NCBI GenBank assembly: GCA_017441295.1
Contig: JAFRYA010000012.1
Coordinates: forward strand, 13,714 to 77,713
From: Lachnospiraceae bacterium
Lineage (GTDB): Bacteria; Bacillota; Clostridia; Lachnospirales; Lachnospiraceae
Direction of reading: 5' to 3'
Length of the DNA stretch: 64,000 nucleotides
Below are positions 9,185 through 17,174 of the stretch, piece after piece. Each line of letters begins with the position of its first letter. Position 1 is the first letter of the stretch. Under the pieces are notes generated by a model. It saw only the letters and a program-made list of their open reading frames with translations, was not told where the DNA came from and made no database searches. A program made the translations under genes and the position numbers.

Positions 9185-10112
9185 CCTGCCTCTCCTGTCC
9201 CTTAAAGAACTCTCTGATCTCGCTGCAGATCAGTCTTTCCTGATAACACAGGTACTGGTTGTCCTTGTGTATCAGGCAAATGAAAATCTGCTCAGGCTGC
9301 TGCACCTTTACAGGCTTTACAACCAGATGCTCCTTTTCAAAATCACAGAGCATATCCGCCATCCTCATCGGGATAAATGCCAGATTCTCTGTCTGCGCGA
9401 TATATTTCTTAACTATCTCTATATCTCCGACTACAGAAGCGTGCGGGGCATCAATTCCCAGCCTGCCTGCTGCCTTGTCATGAGATTCTTTGTTTACCGA
9501 TATCGTTCCATATCCGTTAATGTCTTCCGGCACGATAAATGCTCCCGCGGCAAGCGGATGGTCAGCGGACATCAATATGCCTATATAATCACCTGCCAGA
9601 CGCTCTATCTGTATATTATTGTATGCGGGATTGGACTCAACTATTCTCTGGATATCATTATCAGACAGGTATCCCAGGCCAACATTGGCCTGATCCTGTG
9701 AAATCAGCTGGCATATCCTGTCGCTGGAGAATGCTTTGACCTGAATGCTTCCGCCGGGAACTCTCTGATAATAATCATTGGAGATTTTAACCGCTATGCC
9801 TGAAGAAATGATTTCGTTTGAAAGAACGATAATATCCCTTTTAGAGAAAAAGGCCTCATCCTCATTACCCAGCCACAGGAGTTCTTCATATTTGTTGATG
9901 ATTTCCTGCACATAGCCTATGAGGATCTTGCCTTCAGATGTGGTGGTGACTCCGGTAGGAATGCGCTTGAAAATGGTGAAGCCCAGCTCTTCTTCGATCG
10001 TTTTTATGGTAAAAGAAAGCGTTGTCTGCTTGAGGTTCAGATTCTTGGCCGCAGCAGATATAGAATGTGATCTATTTATTTCAAGAAGATATTGGAGCTT
10101 CTCTAATCTCAT
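9174..10112 (-). CDS. LysR-family transcriptional regulator (second tandem copy)
   Basis: HTH SHSISAAAKNLNLKQTTLSFTIKTIEEELGFTIF. Overlaps the next LysR gene by 11 nt. Confidence 0.9.
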   Translation of the reverse strand: MRLEKLQYLLEINRSHSISAAAKNLNLKQTTLSFTIKTIEEELGFTIFKRIPTGVTTTSEGKILIGYVQEIINKYEELLWLGNEDEAFFSKRDIIVLSNEIISSGIAVKISNDYYQRVPGGSIQVKAFSSDRICQLISQDQANVGLGYLSDNDIQRIVESNPAYNNIQIERLAGDYIGILMSADHPLAAGAFIVPEDINGYGTISVNKESHDKAAGRLGIDAPHASVVGDIEIVKKYIAQTENLAFIPMRMADMLCDFEKEHLVVKPVKVQQPEQIFICLIHKDNQYLCYQERLICSEIREFFKGQERQDEI

Positions 10113-10185
10113 CCAGCAACACTCCTATTTTAATTATATTATTTATATCACATTTTGTTCTTCTAATCAAATTTGCGGCAAAATT

Positions 10186-10216
10186 TAAGAGGCAGGACTT
10201 TTAATGTCCTGCCTCT
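10186..10216. terminator. Intrinsic terminator hairpin after the opine-DH-like gene
   Basis: aagaggcaggac/ttttaa/gtcctgcctctt, a 12-bp stem flanked by A/T runs on both sides. Confidence 0.6.
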
Positions 10217-10229
10217 TAAAACTGAGTGC

Positions 10230-11300
10230 TTATTCAACCTTCGCGAATATTTCTTCGATGGTCATGTCTTTAGTAAATCCCAGGTTCTCAAGGGTTCTGC
10301 CTTCTGCAAAGTAGTCTACTCCATTGATTACTCCCGCAATCTTAATGAATGCTTCCAGTGTCGGCATCTCAAGTCCGAGCTTCTTGGCCATTGATACAGC
10401 AAAAGCTCCGCCGCATCCGCAATCCTCATGCAGATATCTGTGATCCAGCGCGTTAGGGCCGTCCATGAATTCGTAGAAGATGCGAACTTCAGGATGCTCA
10501 TCGATGTGCGCGATCTTGTTAGCCATGCCTGTTGGCTCACCGTGAACCTGCCATCCAAGAGCTTCGATGACCGGCTTGCGCTCCTCAGCGATCTTCTCAA
10601 CGCACTTCATAACAGAAGGTGTGAAAGCGAATTTGAACAGTGAGAACGCATCGCCCGTCCTGTCGATCTGCGGTGCGGAAAGTGTGGTGGTTGCAACATG
10701 GTTTACAACATTGCCTGTATTCATTGCAGCTTCAAATACATTCTGGTTAGCAGCATACTCGAAGATGCCATTCAGTTTTTCAAGAACCTTGGCTGTGTCT
10801 CTGGCCGGAAGTGAGCAGACCTTGCCCTTTCTGTTCAGAGGATTGCCAACAGTAACTTCTGCAGGCATTGACAGTCTGCATGGTCCTAAGTTGCCTTCCT
10901 TCTCTGTAAGGGTGACCTTGGCGGTTACGCCCATCTCTTCGAAAACTTTCTTAAATACAAATGATCCGAGGTTGCCCGGGAACAGGATGATGTCCTGGCC
11001 GTCCTCAACGTAAGGCGCGATCCTTCTGGCAATCTCTTCCTGACGCATTGACGGAACATGAACGAAGATCAGCTCAACGCCCTTTACTGCCTCAGCGAAG
11101 TCAGTGGTAACCAGCTTAGGTGTGCCGGTTCCATGGTTGTTTCCGCGCAGTGTGATAAATCCAACTTTCTTAACTGCTTCCAGAGCGTCAGCAAAACGCT
11201 CGTCATCGCAGAAATTAACTTCTACACCATTCATTGCCAGCAGGCATGCCATATAGTGGCCTGTTGCGCCTGCGCCTAAAACTGCAGCTGTCTTAAACAT
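10230..11300 (-). CDS. NAD(P)-dependent opine (octopine/nopaline) dehydrogenase family protein
   Basis: Rossmann motif AAVLGAGATGH and C-terminal HRYLHEDCGCGGAFAVSMAKKLGLEMPTLEAFIKIAGVINGVDYFAEGRTLENLG, which matches my memory of the Octopine_DH helical domain. Confidence 0.78.
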   Translation of the reverse strand: MFKTAAVLGAGATGHYMACLLAMNGVEVNFCDDERFADALEAVKKVGFITLRGNNHGTGTPKLVTTDFAEAVKGVELIFVHVPSMRQEEIARRIAPYVEDGQDIILFPGNLGSFVFKKVFEEMGVTAKVTLTEKEGNLGPCRLSMPAEVTVGNPLNRKGKVCSLPARDTAKVLEKLNGIFEYAANQNVFEAAMNTGNVVNHVATTTLSAPQIDRTGDAFSLFKFAFTPSVMKCVEKIAEERKPVIEALGWQVHGEPTGMANKIAHIDEHPEVRIFYEFMDGPNALDHRYLHEDCGCGGAFAVSMAKKLGLEMPTLEAFIKIAGVINGVDYFAEGRTLENLGFTKDMTIEEIFAKVE

Positions 11301-11549
11301 ATGTCTACACTCCTTTTTTGATAAAAATCGGTATATTACTCTATGCTGATTATAGGTTTTCAGTGGTGCTCAAACAATACGCCATCCCCCAATTTGTTAA
11401 CGGAATAATTGGTATGTGTATTATCAAAATAAATAGTGTCTAATATTTTTGCTATCAGTATCAAAAAATACCATTTTTATCATAGCTGCTTATCAATGAT
11501 AATTATATTGATTTAATTTAATACTTTTTTGAGAAAGGAAGATCTGAAT
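11301..11549. promoter_or_regulatory. Divergent promoter/operator region with repeated TTATCA-type motifs and an ATCAAT-N9-ATTGAT palindrome
   Basis: GATAAAAATcGGTAT occurs at about 11320 and, inverted, at about 11466-11482. TTATCA occurs 4 times. The palindrome is at 11492-11512, 38 nt before the ATG at 11550. Confidence 0.35.
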
Positions 11550-12272
11550 ATGTACGGCTGGCGAGCAAAAATGGGCCTGATCACACCGATGAGCGAGAAC
11601 GCTGAGCATGCGTTCCACATTTACGCTCCTGAAGGCGTGAGCTTTGCCTCAATGAAAATCGTTTTCCCGGGACCTACCCCGGAAGGACTTATTGTCTTAA
11701 CCGATCAGTTAGAAGAAACTGCCGCGAAATACAAGGGCTATGACCTGGACCTTGTCATCTTCGGCTGCACCTCCGGTTCCTGCATTAAGGGCATCGGCTG
11801 GGATAAGGAGCTGATCGCAAAAATGGAGAAAGTTACAGGAGGCATTCCTGCCATCACAACCAGCACCGCTGTGCTCGAAGCTTTTGAAAAGCTGGGCACT
11901 AAAAAGGTAGCTGTACTGACACCATACCCGGAAGCAACAAACATTATCGAGAAGAAATTCCTGGAAGACAATGGCTACGAAGTAACCAACATCGTTGGAA
12001 TGGACATGAGTGAATGGACCGCCCAGGGCCACAAGTTCGAATGGGCCAGCGAGGACTTCCTCTACAAGATGGCGGTAAACATGGACCTGAAGGGTGCTGA
12101 CACATTCTTCCTCTCCTGCATGGGACTGACCACCATGGAAATCATCAAAGACCTTGAGACATACATGGAGATTCCTTGCGTAACAAGTCACCAGGCGACC
12201 TTATGGTCCGCCCTCAGGCACTGCAGAGTCGGCGCCAAAAGGGATGACCTCGGCAAGCTGTTCACACTGTAA
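11550..12272 (+). CDS. Asp/Glu/hydantoin-racemase superfamily protein, maleate cis-trans isomerase / arylmalonate decarboxylase-like
   Basis: YGWRAKMGLITP, FGCTSGS and FLSCMGL supply the two candidate catalytic Cys. Start set at the ATG after AAGGAAG rather than the upstream TTG. Confidence 0.75.
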   Translation: MYGWRAKMGLITPMSENAEHAFHIYAPEGVSFASMKIVFPGPTPEGLIVLTDQLEETAAKYKGYDLDLVIFGCTSGSCIKGIGWDKELIAKMEKVTGGIPAITTSTAVLEAFEKLGTKKVAVLTPYPEATNIIEKKFLEDNGYEVTNIVGMDMSEWTAQGHKFEWASEDFLYKMAVNMDLKGADTFFLSCMGLTTMEIIKDLETYMEIPCVTSHQATLWSALRHCRVGAKRDDLGKLFTL

Positions 12273-12284
12273 AGGAGGAGACCA

Positions 12285-12998
12285 ATGTATAGCAAAAGAG
12301 CAAGGATCGGAGTTATAGCTCCAATAGACGACCAGGTTGAATACGCTTTTAACAAATACGCGCCGGACGGTGTGTCATTTGATTCAACCAGACTGTGGTT
12401 CCCGGGACCTACTCCTGAAGGACTCATCTACCTCTCCAACCAGGTTGAGGAAGCTGCCAAGATGTATACCAAACTGCCGCACGACGTCATCCTCTTTGGA
12501 TGTACTTCAGGCAGCTGCATCAAAGGCTTTGGCTGGGACAAAGAACTCATTGCCCAGATTGAAAGGGCCAGCGGATGCAAGGGACTGACCACATCCACCT
12601 GCGTTCTGGACGCATATAAAGCACTCGGTGTTAACAAGACCGTCGTAATGACGCCTTACCCGGATGCTACAAATGAAGCTGAAAAGAAATTCATGGAAGA
12701 TAACGGCATCGAAGTGATATCCATCACCGGCGTCGGATTCAACCCAATGAAAACATACGGATACAAACATGCCGACACGACATTCCTGTACAGGGCCGCC
12801 AAGGCTCTGGACATGACAGGCGCGGATTCATTCTTCCTCTCCTGCATGGGATTGTCCACCATGGAGCTCTGCCGCATCTTCGAAGAAGATTTCGGCATCC
12901 CTGTTATCACCAGCCATCAGGCTTCCCTCTGGGGATGCCTCAGAGCGGCAGGCATCAAGGACAAGCTCGAAGGACTCGGCAAATTACTTACTATCTGA
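12285..12998 (+). CDS. Asp/Glu/hydantoin-racemase superfamily protein, paralog of the preceding gene
   Basis: Same motifs (ARIGVIAP, FGCTSGSCIKG, FLSCMGLSTME). Roughly half the residues are identical to 11550..12272 by eye. Confidence 0.75.
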   Translation: MYSKRARIGVIAPIDDQVEYAFNKYAPDGVSFDSTRLWFPGPTPEGLIYLSNQVEEAAKMYTKLPHDVILFGCTSGSCIKGFGWDKELIAQIERASGCKGLTTSTCVLDAYKALGVNKTVVMTPYPDATNEAEKKFMEDNGIEVISITGVGFNPMKTYGYKHADTTFLYRAAKALDMTGADSFFLSCMGLSTMELCRIFEEDFGIPVITSHQASLWGCLRAAGIKDKLEGLGKLLTI

Positions 12999-13010
12999 AA
13001 GGAGATATAA

Positions 13011-14390
13011 ATGGCTTTTTCACAGATCAAGTACGATACAGACTATACAAAGCAGATCGTAAGCTGGGTCAAAAACCTGAAGTATGAAGATATTCCTCCG
13101 ATGGTTGTTGACCGTGTAAAGATGTTTATGATCCATTGCTGCGGTGTTTCACTGTGTGCAAAGGATATTAAAGGAATGCAGAAAGCAATAGAAATTGCGA
13201 AAGAGATCTCTCCTGGCAAAGAGGGCGATGCGACCCTCTGGGGCGATGGTGCAAAGGTTAGCCCTGAGGCCGCCCTCTTTGCCGCTTCAGCTATGGCTGA
13301 CTGCCTGGACTGGGAAGACTGTGCCATCACCGGCCATCCGACAGCAGGTGTTATTCCTACCGCAGTAATTATGGGCGAAGCACTCCATAAGAGCGGCAAG
13401 GAAGTCCTGACAGCAGCAGTCGCAGCCTATGAAGCATATCTGCGCATTTCCCTCGCAGGCAGGAGCGGAATCTCCAGCTATAACATTTTCGGAAACCTGA
13501 CCCTTCTCATGAAGCTCATGGACCTCGATGAGGAGAAGATGAACCAGCTCTACGGCATCGGCTGCACAATGGCAAGCACCCCTGCCAACGTACATGAGCT
13601 CACAATGTCCGACTCCCTCAACTTCATTTACGGCCTGCGCGGAAATGAATGCGTTACCGCTCTCAGAATCGTAATGAGCGGCATTGAAAACCTCGAGGAC
13701 GGTTTTGACATTCCATACGTTTATTACAACCACTGCGCATATTACAAACCTGAGATCCTTACAATGGACCTCGGAACACGCTGGATGCTCATGGACAGCC
13801 TGCTGATGAAGCATCACCCGGGCAACATGTTCGTCCAGACATATGAAGAAATTGCTCACAGGCTGCTCGCCAAGTACCATTTCAAGGCGGAAGATATTGG
13901 AGAAGTCATCATCAGGCCTTCCATCGCTTTCAGAAACTGGTACACCAAGACAGGCTACAAATCAATTACTCAGGCACAGTTCTCTATCCCGTATACAGTA
14001 GCTGTAGCCCTGACATATGAAGAGCCTGGCGCTAAATGGTACAGTGATGAGACCATGAACGATCCTAAGATCATTGAACTGCTCAACAAGGTCAAGGCAG
14101 ACGGCTTCGTTGACGTCAAGGGCCTCGACGTGCTGAAAGACCTTATGGACGGCAAACATCCGGAGAAGCATATTATTGTCCGCATGAAGGACGGTACTGA
14201 ATATGAGGACAGCCTCTTCACCCATCCGGGACATCCTAACTATATGCTGACCCGCGAGGAAGTTGTTGAAAGATTCAAGCTTGAAACAAAGTATGTGCTG
14301 GCTCCTGAGACAGCTGACAAGTTTATTGAAACAGCTCTTAAATACGACCAGCTGGATGACGTGGCAGAACTGCCTAAATACATTTACTAA
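13011..14390 (+). CDS. MmgE/PrpD-family protein (2-methylcitrate dehydratase-like fold), paralog 1
   Basis: N-terminal YEDIPPMVVDRVKMFMIHCCGVSL, 459 aa, and a length and pattern typical of the PrpD family. Confidence 0.85.
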   Translation: MAFSQIKYDTDYTKQIVSWVKNLKYEDIPPMVVDRVKMFMIHCCGVSLCAKDIKGMQKAIEIAKEISPGKEGDATLWGDGAKVSPEAALFAASAMADCLDWEDCAITGHPTAGVIPTAVIMGEALHKSGKEVLTAAVAAYEAYLRISLAGRSGISSYNIFGNLTLLMKLMDLDEEKMNQLYGIGCTMASTPANVHELTMSDSLNFIYGLRGNECVTALRIVMSGIENLEDGFDIPYVYYNHCAYYKPEILTMDLGTRWMLMDSLLMKHHPGNMFVQTYEEIAHRLLAKYHFKAEDIGEVIIRPSIAFRNWYTKTGYKSITQAQFSIPYTVAVALTYEEPGAKWYSDETMNDPKIIELLNKVKADGFVDVKGLDVLKDLMDGKHPEKHIIVRMKDGTEYEDSLFTHPGHPNYMLTREEVVERFKLETKYVLAPETADKFIETALKYDQLDDVAELPKYIY

Positions 14391-14401
14391 GGAGGCCGGA
14401 C

Positions 14402-15880
14402 ATGAGATACAACAGATTATATCTTGATAACGATTTTTTAACTCCTACCACATATACACAGGATCTGAGCGAATATTCAGAGAATCTGAAGTTTGAAGAC
14501 CTTCCTGAAGAAGTAGTAGAAAGAGCCAAGAGGATCATGGTCCACTGCATCGGCGCGGCCATTGCGTCCGTAGGCACTGAAGTCCATAAAAAGGCTTTTG
14601 ACGCTGCAGTTAAGGCTAACGGCGGTGAAGGCGGTCCTGTAACCGTTTGGGGAACAGGCACCAAGCTCAGCGCTGTTAACGCCGGATTCCTCATGGGAGT
14701 CATGGCTGACGCTCTCGATTGGGAAGACTGCTCATGGACAGGCCATCCTTCAGCAGGCGCTGTACCTGATGCATGGGCAGCTGCTGAGGAAAAACACAGA
14801 TCAGGCCGGGAAATGCTGACCGCCATCGTTGACGCATATGAAATCTACCACCGAATTGCCATGTCAGTTCAGCCAAATCTGGAAAGACGCCAGAAAAACG
14901 GCTGGGGACTTACCAGCTGGCAGATCTTTGCTTCACTGATCCCATATGCCAAGCTGTATGGTTTTGACGCGCGTAAGACTAACCAGGCCATCAGCATGGC
15001 ATGCGAATGCGCCCCTGTTCCGTCAGATTTCCATCAGCTGACCATGTCAGACCATTATCATTATGAGCACGGCTACAGAAACCGCGACGGCGCAATCATC
15101 GCCAAGTCTGTTGAGGCAGGCATTAACAACTGCCGCGACGCTCTGGATGAGCCTAGATGCTATCTGGGCACAATGTGCGGCGATTCAGCTAAGAACGGCT
15201 CTTCTCTCAGAACTGAGCTGGAAGACAAGAAAGAATATGACATTACCTGGCTCACCAGAGACCTGGGCAAGAGATATTTCATCATGGATACACTGCTCAA
15301 GCACTGGCCTGCAAACATGTGGGTACAGACTCCGCTCGAGCTCCTGGATATCCTCCAGAAGAAATACGGTTTCGGTCCGGACGATATTGAATCCATCGTA
15401 CTCGACCCGCCTGTAAAGAGACGCATGTGGGCTTCACCGGATGGATTTGAATCCATTACACATGCGCAGTTCTCTATTCCTTACGTTCTTTCCAGAAGAC
15501 TCCTGGATCCTGTTCCGGGCGCTTACTGGTACACAAAGGACAAGATGAAAGATGCCAGGGCTGCTGAGCTGTCACTGAAGGTTAAAGGCGGTCCGTCACC
15601 TGAGGAATCACCATATGACGGATTCACGCTCTTCCAGCAGGGCAGCTATCCGATGAGAACCCTTACCGTTACTACTAAAGACGGTCATACATATACTGAA
15701 TCCATGGACTGCCATCCGGGTCATCCTGCCAATATGATGTCCCGCGAGGAGCTCTCAGACAGATTCAGGCTGCAGGCCAAAGGCATCCTGCCGGATGAAA
15801 AGATTGAGAAGGCACTGGACGCTCTTTGGAACATAGAAAAGGCTGAGGACATTGCAGCTGTTTCAGATCTCCTCTGCTGA
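14402..15880 (+). CDS. MmgE/PrpD-family protein, paralog 2
   Basis: FEDLPEEVVERAKRIMVHCIGAAIAS, DWEDCSWTGHPSAG, 492 aa. Confidence 0.85.
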   Translation: MRYNRLYLDNDFLTPTTYTQDLSEYSENLKFEDLPEEVVERAKRIMVHCIGAAIASVGTEVHKKAFDAAVKANGGEGGPVTVWGTGTKLSAVNAGFLMGVMADALDWEDCSWTGHPSAGAVPDAWAAAEEKHRSGREMLTAIVDAYEIYHRIAMSVQPNLERRQKNGWGLTSWQIFASLIPYAKLYGFDARKTNQAISMACECAPVPSDFHQLTMSDHYHYEHGYRNRDGAIIAKSVEAGINNCRDALDEPRCYLGTMCGDSAKNGSSLRTELEDKKEYDITWLTRDLGKRYFIMDTLLKHWPANMWVQTPLELLDILQKKYGFGPDDIESIVLDPPVKRRMWASPDGFESITHAQFSIPYVLSRRLLDPVPGAYWYTKDKMKDARAAELSLKVKGGPSPEESPYDGFTLFQQGSYPMRTLTVTTKDGHTYTESMDCHPGHPANMMSREELSDRFRLQAKGILPDEKIEKALDALWNIEKAEDIAAVSDLLC

Positions 15881-15896
15881 ACCGGAAAGGAAAGAC

Positions 15897-17174
15897 ATGA
15901 ATACTATTGCTATTATCGGATTCGGTGGCGCAGGCTACAACGCGGCCAGAGCAATACGTAAAAAGGACAGTGAGGCTCTCATCGATGTATATTCAGACTC
16001 CGCCAAAGGCCCATACTGCCCTATGCTGACCACCTATTTCGTTAAAGGTTCGATTCCTTTGGAAGCAATGTATCCGTTCGGAACAATTGACGAAATCCAA
16101 AAGGAACTGAACACTAATTTCTACAACAAAACAGTCACAGCCGTAAAGGGTGCCGAAAAGTGCATCGTTACCGATGACGGCACCGAAAAGGCATATGACA
16201 ATATAATTATCACAACAGGTTCATCGGCCATTATGCCTCCTATACCGGGGCTTGACCTGCCGGGAGTTTTCAAGATGCGCACAGACGCAGATGCCCTGTA
16301 CCTCAAAGAACTCCTGGATTCAGACAAAGCCCGGACCTGCCTGGTCATCGGTGCTTCCTGGGTAGGCATAAAAGTCGTTGAAGATACCGTCATGGCCGGT
16401 CTTGAGACAACTCTTGTGGACGGCGCTGACTGGATGTTCATAACAGCGGCATTTGAGGAGACTTCCTTAAGAGCCCAGAAATATCTTGAATCAAAAGGCG
16501 TCAGGGTTTCATGCGGCGAAATGCTGGATCATATTGAGCAGGAATATGACGGTTCTCTGACCGCTTTAATGAAAAGCGGTGACCGCTTTAATGCTGACTG
16601 CATCGCAATCTGCATAGGTGTCCGCATGAATACCGGGTTCCTTAAGGACAGCGGCATTGCCATGAACCGGGGCGTTATCGTTGACAAGAAGATGCAGACG
16701 AACATCCCCGGCATTTATGCCGCAGGCGACTGCTGCGAATCGATCGACAGCCAGTCCGGTACAAACATGAATATCGGAGTCTGGGCCAACGCCCAACAGC
16801 AGGGAGCTGTCGCAGGAGTAAATGCAGCAGGCGGCAATCAGGAATTTGACGCCAATATCCTCATCAATCTGGCACATTTCCTGGATTATGACTTCCTGGC
16901 CTATGGCAATATCAGACTCTGCTCTCCTGATGACGACTGGTATGAATATGAGGATGAGAAATACTACATCAAAGCCTGCAGGGGACAGGACGGAAGCATC
17001 AAATGCGTGAACATTACAGGTTCCGCTGATATTAACGGATTATTTAAGAATAACTTTATAAAGGGACTTATTGAGGGCGAAACATCATTTAATGTTAAAG
17101 CGGCATGTCAGATGCGTGACAAAGGCGTACCTCAAAGCTTTATAGACTTCTTGGGAGGAATAAAAATTGACTGA
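15897..17174 (+). CDS. FAD-dependent pyridine nucleotide-disulfide oxidoreductase (NADH oxidase / CoA-disulfide reductase-like)
   Basis: IAIIGFGGAGYNAA, redox-Cys context KGPYCPMLTTYF, second dinucleotide fold VIGASWVGIK, AAGDC. Start at ATG 15897 after GGAAAGGAAAG. Confidence 0.85.
   Translation: MNTIAIIGFGGAGYNAARAIRKKDSEALIDVYSDSAKGPYCPMLTTYFVKGSIPLEAMYPFGTIDEIQKELNTNFYNKTVTAVKGAEKCIVTDDGTEKAYDNIIITTGSSAIMPPIPGLDLPGVFKMRTDADALYLKELLDSDKARTCLVIGASWVGIKVVEDTVMAGLETTLVDGADWMFITAAFEETSLRAQKYLESKGVRVSCGEMLDHIEQEYDGSLTALMKSGDRFNADCIAICIGVRMNTGFLKDSGIAMNRGVIVDKKMQTNIPGIYAAGDCCESIDSQSGTNMNIGVWANAQQQGAVAGVNAAGGNQEFDANILINLAHFLDYDFLAYGNIRLCSPDDDWYEYEDEKYYIKACRGQDGSIKCVNITGSADINGLFKNNFIKGLIEGETSFNVKAACQMRDKGVPQSFIDFLGGIKID

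Noticed and set aside
15852-15896. N-terminal extension of the flavoprotein ORF (MQLFQISSAEPERKD)
   Set aside because: It overlaps the end of PrpD paralog 2. The ATG at 15897 has a good RBS and begins directly at the Rossmann motif.
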